The notes under the pieces: generated by a model
What the model saw: only the letters and a program-made list of their open reading frames with translations
Databases searched by the model: none
What the model was told of the DNA's origin: nothing
Translations under genes and position numbers: made by a program
Part shown: positions 21,250-28,328 of the stretch, piece after piece
Numbering within the stretch: position 1 is the stretch's first letter
How the letters are laid out: each line of letters begins with the position of its first letter
Assembly: GCF_036374615.1 (NCBI RefSeq)
Contig: NZ_DASUTK010000100.1
Coordinates: 5,103 to 69,102, forward strand
Reading direction: 5' to 3'
Source of the DNA: Nocardioides sp.
Lineage (GTDB): Bacteria; Actinomycetota; Actinomycetes; Propionibacteriales; Nocardioidaceae
DNA length: 64,000 bases

Positions 21250-21468
21250 CTAACCGGCGTCGTCGGGGATCTCGGCGAGCGGCACCACGTCGCGCAGGAA
21301 CTGTCGCGCCGTCAGGAAGTCGCCCAACGTCGAACGATGGTCGTCGCACGCGAGCCAGACCTTGCGCCGGTCGGGCGTGTGCAGCCTCGGGTTGTTCCAC
21401 AGCAGGCCCCAGCTCGCCGACCGCTGGCACCCCTTGGCGCTGCACGTCGGGATGTCCTCGGCTGCCAT
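21250..21468 (-). CDS. Small conserved-looking protein with Cys/His (putative Zn-binding) motif
   Basis: CSAKGC...WNNPRLH...WLACDDH; GC-rich third positions. Confidence 0.7.
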   Translation of the reverse strand: MAAEDIPTCSAKGCQRSASWGLLWNNPRLHTPDRRKVWLACDDHRSTLGDFLTARQFLRDVVPLAEIPDDAG

Positions 21469-21539
21469 CTCGGCATCGTCCCAGCACGACGCGAGCGGAC
21501 CTGGACCGGCCCTCCCGCCCATGAAGCACAGCCTGGAAA

Positions 21540-21612
21540 TATGGCACGGTGCCGGAGCGCCACAATAGGCGCCCGGCACCGCGGTGAACTGCGACGGGGG
21601 AGACACAGTTCG
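21540..21612 (-). ncRNA. Candidate small RNA of two hairpins, the first with a UCUCCCCCGU loop
   Basis: Follows TTGACT-N17-GACACT; stems gaactg/cagttc and cggtgccgg+gcgcc; no ORF. Confidence 0.5.
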
Positions 21613-21618
21613 GCTTCG

Positions 21619-21647
21619 AGTGTCCGGCCTTCCGGGCAGGAAGTCAA
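21619..21647 (-). promoter_or_regulatory. Sigma70-type promoter TTGACT-N17-GACACT
   Basis: -35 at 21642-21647, -10 at 21619-21624, spacer exactly 17 nt. Confidence 0.55.
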
Positions 21648-21655
21648 ATACTGTC

Positions 21656-21973
21656 CTACCTGTCAGATCCTTCGGAATCAGTAGGGTTCGGCAACTCATT
21701 TCGTGGTTCGGGGTCGCGTCTCAGCGCGAACCCGTCGGACTTCGAAGACACGGCGTTGGCCATCACCACGGCGACGTACGGGAGCACCACTGCCCCCGCG
21801 ACCAGGACCCATCGAAGCCAGCCGTCGGCCACGACGGCGCCGACGAAGCACACGGTCCGCAGCGACATCGACAGCACGTACCGGCGCTGTCGCTGCGCGA
21901 TCTCCTCCTGACGGCTCAGCGGCGCGGTGGTGATCCGGACAGCCCTGCCGTGGGCCACGCGCTGGCGCGTCAT
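21656..21973 (-). CDS. DUF3099-family membrane protein
   Basis: RQRRYVLSMSLRTVCF...VLPYVAVVMAN; ATG 6 nt after TACGAT. Confidence 0.88.
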   Translation of the reverse strand: MTRQRVAHGRAVRITTAPLSRQEEIAQRQRRYVLSMSLRTVCFVGAVVADGWLRWVLVAGAVVLPYVAVVMANAVSSKSDGFALRRDPEPRNELPNPTDSEGSDR

Positions 21974-22046
21974 ACCGTGATCGTACGTCGCTACCATCGA
22001 CGGCCCAGGGCTGCCACCAGGCGCCCGGCCGGAGCCGGAGGTAATC

Positions 22047-22259
22047 ATGTCCAACCGCACCTACCGCGTCACCGAGATCGTCGGCACTTCCCCGGAGGGA
22101 GTCGACCACGCCATCCGCAACGGCATCGAGCGGGCCGCGCAGACGCTGCGCCACCTCGACTGGTTCGAGGTCACCCAGATCCGCGGACAGGTCAAGGACG
22201 GAGGAGTCGAGCACGTCCAGGTCGGGATGAAGATCGGGTTCCGGCTCGAGGACGAGTAG
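22047..22259 (+). CDS. Dodecin (flavin/CoA-binding)
   Basis: TYRVTEIVGTS...TLRHLDWFEV...QVGMKIGFRLE; RBS GGAGG. Confidence 0.93.
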   Translation: MSNRTYRVTEIVGTSPEGVDHAIRNGIERAAQTLRHLDWFEVTQIRGQVKDGGVEHVQVGMKIGFRLEDE

Positions 22260-22317
22260 CTCCCTCGGGCGCGGACGGTTTCGGGCTACCCGTCGGTAAT
22301 CACTAGCGTCGTTGACC

Positions 22318-23034
22318 GTGAGCGACCCAGAACCCAGATCCGTGCTCGTCACCGGCGGTAACCGTGGCATCGGCCACGCCATCGCCTCGGCCTTCCTCGC
22401 CCGGGGCGACCAGGTAGCGGTCACCAGCCGGAGCGGCGGCGGCCCCGACGGTGCCCTCGCCCTGACGTGCGACATCACCGATCCCGAGGCGGTCGAGGCC
22501 GCGTTCGCCGAGATCGAGCAGGCGCACGGGCCGGTGGAGGTGCTGGTGGCGAACGCCGGCGTGACCGCCGACACGCTGTTGTTGCGGATGAGCGAGGACG
22601 ACTGGTCCAGGGTCATCGACACCAACCTGACCGGATCCTTCCGGCTCGCCAAGCGGGCGGCCAAGGGCATGCTGCGGATGCGGAAGGGGCGGATCGTGCT
22701 GATCTCCTCGGTGGTCGGCCTCACCGGCCAGGCGGGGCAGGTCAACTACGCCGCGTCCAAGGCCGGCCTGGTCGGCCTGGCGCGCTCGCTGTCGCGAGAG
22801 CTCGGGTCACGCTCGATCACCACCAACGTGGTGGCGCCCGGTTTCGTCGACACCGACATGACCTCGGTGCTGTCCGACGACCAGAAGAAGTCGATCATGG
22901 AGCAGGTGCCGCTGGGTCGGTACGGCACCGTGGAGGAGGTCGCCGCGGCGGTGCTGTGGTTGACCGGCGAGGGCGGCGGCTACGTGACCGGAGCCGTGAT
23001 CCCGGTCGACGGCGGACTTGGAATGGGGCACTGA
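22318..23034 (+). CDS. fabG: 3-oxoacyl-ACP reductase FabG (MabA type)
   Basis: TGGNRGIG, NAG, NYAASKAG, VIPVDGGLGMG; coupled to fabI. Confidence 0.93.
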   Translation: MSDPEPRSVLVTGGNRGIGHAIASAFLARGDQVAVTSRSGGGPDGALALTCDITDPEAVEAAFAEIEQAHGPVEVLVANAGVTADTLLLRMSEDDWSRVIDTNLTGSFRLAKRAAKGMLRMRKGRIVLISSVVGLTGQAGQVNYAASKAGLVGLARSLSRELGSRSITTNVVAPGFVDTDMTSVLSDDQKKSIMEQVPLGRYGTVEEVAAAVLWLTGEGGGYVTGAVIPVDGGLGMGH

Positions 23035-23036
23035 CG

Positions 23037-23807
23037 ATGGGCATTCTCGACGGCAAGCGGATCCTGGTCGCGGGAGTCACGATGGACTCCTCCATCGGGT
23101 TCGCCGTTGCGCGGGTCGCACAGGAGCAGGGCGCGACCGTGCTGATCTCCAACTTCGGGCGCGCGCTCGGCATCACCCGGCGGATCGCGAAGCGGCTGCC
23201 GAGCGAACCCCCGGTGCTCGAGCTCGACGTGACCGACCAGTCCCACCTCGACGGGCTCGAGGAGGCGGTGCGCGAGCACGTGGACGGTCTCGACGGCGTC
23301 GTGCACTCCATCGCGTACGGCAACCCCGAGACCCTGCTCGGCGGCAAGTTCCTCGACGGTCCGTGGGAGGACGTCGCGCAGGCGGTCCAGGTCTCGGCGT
23401 ACTCGCTGAAGGCGTTGGCCGTGGCGGCCCGCCCCTTGATGGAATCGGGCGGCTCGATCGTGGGCCTCACCTTCGACGCCACCACGGCGTGGCCGGCGTA
23501 CGACTGGATGGGCGTGGCCAAGGCGGGGCTCGAGTCCACCTCGCGCTACCTCGCTCGTGACCTCGGTCCCGAAGGCATCCGCTGCAACCTGGTGTCCGCC
23601 GGACCGCTCAAGACGCTGGCGGCCAAGGCGATCCCCGGCTTCGAAGGACTGGAGTCGCTGTGGAAGGACCGGGCGCCGCTCGGCTGGGACGAGGGCGACC
23701 ACGACCCGACCGCGCGCGCCGTATGTGCCCTGTTGAGTGACTTCTTCCCCGCCACCACCGGCGAGATCGTGCACGTCGACGGTGGGTTCCACGCGATCGG
23801 GGCTTGA
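23037..23807 (+). CDS. fabI: Enoyl-ACP reductase FabI/InhA
   Basis: SSIGFAVA, VVHSIA, AWPAYDWMGVAKAGLES, SAGPLKT. Confidence 0.95.
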   Translation: MGILDGKRILVAGVTMDSSIGFAVARVAQEQGATVLISNFGRALGITRRIAKRLPSEPPVLELDVTDQSHLDGLEEAVREHVDGLDGVVHSIAYGNPETLLGGKFLDGPWEDVAQAVQVSAYSLKALAVAARPLMESGGSIVGLTFDATTAWPAYDWMGVAKAGLESTSRYLARDLGPEGIRCNLVSAGPLKTLAAKAIPGFEGLESLWKDRAPLGWDEGDHDPTARAVCALLSDFFPATTGEIVHVDGGFHAIGA

Positions 23808-23824
23808 GCTCGGGTCACCCAGCG

Positions 23825-23875
23825 GCGGTGAGTACGGGACCGAATGAGGGCGTGGTTCGGTCCCTGATCCACCGC
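23825..23875. repeat. REP-like palindromic unit, copy 1
   Basis: gcggtgagtacgggaccgaa-N11-ttcggtccctgatccaccgc. Confidence 0.75.
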
Positions 23876-23968
23876 GCGGGGACGGTCGCTCTGCACAGAC
23901 AGGTGGGCGTGCCACGTCGTCCACAGGGACGCCGAGCGCTGTCGCCCCGTTCGAGTGGGATGGGACCC

Positions 23969-24940
23969 ATGAGACCGGTCCCCGAGCATCTGCTGCACCG
24001 ACCTTTCAGCCGCAGTGAGGCGGAGGCTTCCGGAGTGACCGGACGCATGTTGCGCGGCCGCCGCTTCATCCGCATCCTGCCGCGGATCTACCGGCACCGC
24101 GACCACGTCATGACCGACGATGACTGGGTGTTGGCCGCTCGTCTCGCCCTCCCGTCACGTGCACACCTGACCGGCATCACCCGGATCCAACAGCTGGGAC
24201 TCGACTTCGGACCCCGTTTCCCTGTGCGCTTCGTGGTCGAGGGAGACCTCCACCTCGCGTTCGACGAGATCTTCCTGCACCGGACCAAGCGGCTCCCGCC
24301 CACCGACGGGGAGGGCGTGATCCCGGCTGCCGCATTCATCTCCTTCTGCGGGCGAGCCCGAGTCATCGATGCGATCAAGGTCGGTGACTGGCTGCTGTAC
24401 CACGGGCACATGACCGTGGGCGAGCTGCACGACCTCGCGCTGGCCGAGCAATGGCGCGACGGAGCCGATCAGGCGCTCTGGGTGCTCGATCACCTCGATG
24501 GCGATGCTCGCTCGCTCCCCGAGTCAGAAACACGAGCCATTGTGGAGTTCGCCGGGCTGCCCGTGCCGGAAGTGAATCGTCGCCTCCCCATCGAGGACTC
24601 CATTGTCATCGGCGACCTGGTGCTTCTCGAGTGGCGAGTCGTCGTGGAGTACGAGGGGTCTCACCATCAGGCGGACCGGGGCCAGTACGTCTCCGACATC
24701 AGCCGCTACGCAGTCATGCGCCGGCACGACTTCGGTTACGTCCAGGTGACCAAGGAGAAGCTGGCTCGGGCGAGGAGTGTGGCTCGCGAGGTCCACCGCG
24801 AACTGGTCAGCCGTGGATATGATGGCCCGCCTCCCGAGTTCGGAGACCGGTGGCGGACGTTGTTCACCCGTCTTCACCGTGTCATCGGGTGTGAGCGCCT
24901 CGGTCGACGTGCTGGCGGTGAGGACGGGACCGCTTCGTGA
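23969..24940 (+). CDS. DUF559/Vsr-like PD-(D/E)XK endonuclease-domain protein with an N-terminal AbiEi-like region
   Basis: C-terminal SLPESETR...GLPVPEVN...GDLV...VVEYEGSHH...D..R...GYVQVT. Codon usage looks less GC3-biased than its neighbours (by eye). Confidence 0.72.
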   Translation: MRPVPEHLLHRPFSRSEAEASGVTGRMLRGRRFIRILPRIYRHRDHVMTDDDWVLAARLALPSRAHLTGITRIQQLGLDFGPRFPVRFVVEGDLHLAFDEIFLHRTKRLPPTDGEGVIPAAAFISFCGRARVIDAIKVGDWLLYHGHMTVGELHDLALAEQWRDGADQALWVLDHLDGDARSLPESETRAIVEFAGLPVPEVNRRLPIEDSIVIGDLVLLEWRVVVEYEGSHHQADRGQYVSDISRYAVMRRHDFGYVQVTKEKLARARSVAREVHRELVSRGYDGPPPEFGDRWRTLFTRLHRVIGCERLGRRAGGEDGTAS

Positions 24941-24965
24941 CGTGGATTAGTCCCTGGCTCACCGC
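24915..24965. repeat. REP-like palindromic unit, copy 2 (same orientation as copy 1)
   Basis: gcggtgaggacgggaccg...gtccctggctcaccgc; left arm matches copy 1 at 17 of 18 nt. Confidence 0.75.
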
Positions 24966-25000
24966 TGACCCGCGCGACCGGGTTCGGTAGCGTCCCGCGC

Positions 25001-26704
25001 GTGACCTCACTCGTCGAGCTCCGAGTCCTCGAGGGCCCGAACCTGTACTTCCCGCGCGCGGCGGTGAAGCTGACGCTGGACATCTCCCCGCTGGCGTCGG
25101 CGTCCGACGAGACGGTGGTCCGGTTCGCCCGGCGGATCGGGCTGAAGGGGGCGCGCCCGGGTGAGCCCGACACCGGCTTCCGGCAACGGTTCGCTGCCAG
25201 GGCCATCGCCCGGTTGGTCCGGACGATCGCCGCCGAGAGCGGGACGTCCCGGCTGGCGGTCCGGGTGCGTCCGACCGGCGACCCGCACCGGCTGGTGGTC
25301 GCCTACCCGTGGCGCCACCGGGAGCGCGCCCAGGTCATGGGCCGAGCCGTGGCCGAGGTCCTCGACGCCGTACCGGGCGTCGGTGTGGAGGAGGTCGTCG
25401 CCCGGGCGGCAGCAGCAGTGGCTTCCGCCGAGCCGGGGGAGGCGCCGAGCACGATCACGCCCACAATCCCGGTCGTGGCGGTGACCGGCACCAACGGCAA
25501 GACCACCACGAGCCGACTGATCGCCCACATCGCACGCACCGACGGCCGGCGCGTCGGCTGGTCGAGCACCGACGGGATCTACGTCGACGGAGCTCTGGTC
25601 GAGGCCGGCGACTACTCCGGACCCAGCGGCGCCGGTCGGGTGCTCGCCCATGACGACGTCGAGCTCGCCGTGACGGAGACCGCGCGCGGCGGCATCCTGC
25701 TCAAGGGGATCGGCCTGACGCGCAACGACGTCTCGGTGGTCACCAACGTCTCTGCCGACCACCTCGGACTCCAGGGGATCGACACGGTGGACCAGCTGGC
25801 CGAGGTCAAGGCCGTGGTCCCGCGGATCACTCGCAAGGACGGGTGGGCGGTCCTGAACGCCGACGACCCCCGCGTGTTCGCGATGCGCTCGGTCGTGAGG
25901 GCACAGCCGTGGGTGTTCTCCCGCGACCCCGACAGTCCCGCGATCCGCGAGGTGTTGTCGCACGGCGGTGGCAGGGCGACGACGGTCATCGACGGCTGGG
26001 TGTCGGTGCTCGACTCGCGCGGTGAGGTCGACCCGCTCGTGGAGCTGGTGGATGTGCCCATGACGCTCGCCGGCCTGTCCCGCTTCAACGTGGAGAACGC
26101 ACTGGCCGGGGCGTCGGCCGCACTGGCGGTGGGCATCTCGCGGGACGTGGTGGTGGCCGGTCTTCGGACGTTCCGGACCGACGCCGAACACAACCCGGGT
26201 CGGATGAACATCTTCAGCCTTGCGGGGGAAGCGCACGGCGTGACGGTGATCGTCGACCTGGCCCACAACGAGGCCGGGCTCGAGGCGTTGTTGGAGGTCA
26301 TGGCTGGAGTACGGCGGCCGGGCGCCCGGCTACTGCTCGGGCTGGGTGCGGTCGGTGACCGGCAGGACGACCTGATCGAGCGGCTGGGCGAGATCGGCGC
26401 GATGGGCAGCGACGTGGTGGCGATCTGCCACAAGCACCGCTATCTGCGAGGACGCACGGAGGGGGAGCTCGAGGCACTGCTGCGCGCCGGGACGGAACGC
26501 GTGGGCGTCGCCGACGTGCCGGCGTACCCGACCGAGGTCGAGGGCCTCGCCGCACTGGTCGCGCAGGCGGGGCCTGGCGACGTGGTGGGCCTGATGTGCC
26601 ATGCGGAGCGGGACGCCGTCTACACCTGGATCGCCGAGCACGGGGGTACCTCTGACAGCCCCGAGGAGCTGGCCGACAAGGTTCGCGCGACGGGTCGTGC
26701 ATGA
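25001..26704 (+). CDS. Cyanophycin-synthetase-like Mur ligase: degenerate N domain plus M domain, no ATP-grasp
   Basis: ELRVLEGPNLY N-terminus; TGTNGKTTT, ETARGG, NVSADHLG, LNADDP, NPGRMN, DLAHN; GTG 7 nt after TAGCGT. Confidence 0.85.
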   Translation: MTSLVELRVLEGPNLYFPRAAVKLTLDISPLASASDETVVRFARRIGLKGARPGEPDTGFRQRFAARAIARLVRTIAAESGTSRLAVRVRPTGDPHRLVVAYPWRHRERAQVMGRAVAEVLDAVPGVGVEEVVARAAAAVASAEPGEAPSTITPTIPVVAVTGTNGKTTTSRLIAHIARTDGRRVGWSSTDGIYVDGALVEAGDYSGPSGAGRVLAHDDVELAVTETARGGILLKGIGLTRNDVSVVTNVSADHLGLQGIDTVDQLAEVKAVVPRITRKDGWAVLNADDPRVFAMRSVVRAQPWVFSRDPDSPAIREVLSHGGGRATTVIDGWVSVLDSRGEVDPLVELVDVPMTLAGLSRFNVENALAGASAALAVGISRDVVVAGLRTFRTDAEHNPGRMNIFSLAGEAHGVTVIVDLAHNEAGLEALLEVMAGVRRPGARLLLGLGAVGDRQDDLIERLGEIGAMGSDVVAICHKHRYLRGRTEGELEALLRAGTERVGVADVPAYPTEVEGLAALVAQAGPGDVVGLMCHAERDAVYTWIAEHGGTSDSPEELADKVRATGRA

Positions 26705-27612
26705 AGCGCCATCCGGGCCCGCTCGTGGTCGCGACGTCGATCGGCGGCGAGCGTCACCTCGACCTGCGGGGACCCGCACCCTTCCCGCCCGACCAGCTGT
26801 TCCAGATCGGCTCCGTCACGAAGACGTTCACCGCCCTGCTCCTCGCCCGGCGCCTCGTCAGCGGCGAGCTGACCCTGGACACGCCGGTCGCCGACCTGCT
26901 TCCCAGCGCCGCGCCCGTGGGCGGTGACCGGCCGGTGACGGTGGGTGAGCTGGCGACCCACCGGTCCGGGTTGCCCCGCGTCCCCCGCAGCATGTGGCGC
27001 AAGGCGCTCACCTTCGACGACGACCCCTACCGCGAGTACGGCGACCAGCAGCTCGCGGACGACCTGCTCCGGGTCCGGCCGCGCCGACGCGGGCGACTGC
27101 GGTACTCCAACTTGGGAATGGGGCTGCTGGGCCATGCCCTCGCTCACGCCGCGGGAACGTCGTACGACGCCCTTGTGCACCGCGAGATCTGCGCACCGCT
27201 CGGACTCGTCGACACCACCGCGGCACCCAGCCACGAGCAACGGACGCGGCTGGCCATCGGCCACAAGCGCCTCGGCAAGCCACGCACGGTCGCATGGGAG
27301 TTCGACGCACTGGCAGGCGCGGGTGCCCTCTGGTCGACCGGCAACGACCTGCTCGCCTATCTCGAGGCGCACCTCGCACCGCCTGAGGGACCGCTCGGCG
27401 CGGCGCTGGAACGGGTGCTGGTGGAACCGGTCCTCGCCTGGCAGTCGATCCCGAGAGGCAAGCTCGCGGGGCTCTGGTGGCACAACGGCGGCACGGCCGG
27501 GTTCCGCAGCATGGTGGTGCTGGATCCCGAGCGTCGCCGCGCGTCGCTGGCACTGGCCGCGATCGACCGGGGTGTCGAGGCCGTCGCGCTCGACGCCCTC
27601 GAACAGAACTGA
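26701..27612 (+). CDS. Serine hydrolase, class C beta-lactamase/D-aminopeptidase fold
   Basis: IGSVTK (SxxK), YSN, HNGGT; ATGA overlap with the upstream gene. Confidence 0.87.
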   Translation: MKRHPGPLVVATSIGGERHLDLRGPAPFPPDQLFQIGSVTKTFTALLLARRLVSGELTLDTPVADLLPSAAPVGGDRPVTVGELATHRSGLPRVPRSMWRKALTFDDDPYREYGDQQLADDLLRVRPRRRGRLRYSNLGMGLLGHALAHAAGTSYDALVHREICAPLGLVDTTAAPSHEQRTRLAIGHKRLGKPRTVAWEFDALAGAGALWSTGNDLLAYLEAHLAPPEGPLGAALERVLVEPVLAWQSIPRGKLAGLWWHNGGTAGFRSMVVLDPERRRASLALAAIDRGVEAVALDALEQN

Positions 27613-27648
27613 GCGCTGACCGGCCCCCCCAAACCGGTCAGCGCTCAG
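27609..27648. terminator. Hairpin between convergent genes, probable bidirectional terminator
   Basis: Perfect 15-bp stem ctgagcgctgaccgg/ccggtcagcgctcag with a C7A3 loop. Confidence 0.75.
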
Positions 27649-27665
27649 CAGTCATCAGCGCCCGC

Positions 27666-28145
27666 TCAGTTGAGCGGGCACTCCGCGAGGTTGTTGTCGG
27701 TGTCGAGCCTCGAGGCGAGGTCGAGCATGGCGGCGCGGCTGCCGGTGGCGAAGGCGGCGTTCACCGTGCTCACCAGACCCGGCCGGCCGTCCTCGCCGGC
27801 ACCGACCCGGCGCCACGGGTAGCCGACGCCGTCGTGGGCCGCGTTGAGGAAGGCAGCGGTCGCGGCGCGGGCCAGGACCTTGGCAGCGCCGTCGGCACCC
27901 GACCCGCCTCCGCCCTGGAGCGACTGGAGCAGGGTCTTGCCTGCCACGTTGGCGCGAGCACTCGTGAACGCCGCGCCGAAGAGGTCGCCGGGTGCGGCCT
28001 CCTGCCAGTTGTCCGTGTGGTTCTTCCAGTAGCCGGGCGTACAGCCCTCGTGGCCGGTTCCGACGGCCTGTGCCGCCGGGGCCACCGACATCGTGGCGAT
28101 GACAGCAGCGAACGCGACGAGCGCGATCTTGATGATCTTGATCAT
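27666..28145 (-). CDS. Small secreted protein with GCTPGYWKNH motif
   Basis: Signal peptide ending AQA; GCTPGYWKNH; C-terminal ECPLN; RBS AGGGGAA. Confidence 0.8.
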   Translation of the reverse strand: MIKIIKIALVAFAAVIATMSVAPAAQAVGTGHEGCTPGYWKNHTDNWQEAAPGDLFGAAFTSARANVAGKTLLQSLQGGGGSGADGAAKVLARAATAAFLNAAHDGVGYPWRRVGAGEDGRPGLVSTVNAAFATGSRAAMLDLASRLDTDNNLAECPLN

Positions 28146-28328
28146 GTGAGTTCCCCTGAATCCCTTTCACTTGGCGCGGTTGCGAAAGGAAGTCAGAGCC
28201 CGAGCGTGCCCCCCGTTACACCCGCTCGCCCAGCATCGGTCCGCCAGCACGGAGGGTCAATCCCCAGGACAGGCACAGGATGTCAACGCACGGCGAGAGG
28301 TCTAGTCGACCCGAGCCCGAGGTCCCCG

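Noticed and set aside
28146-28328. c-di-AMP or other riboswitch upstream of the secreted protein
   Set aside because: Hairpins are present but I could not find the conserved ydaO core; an Infernal/Rfam scan would be decisive.
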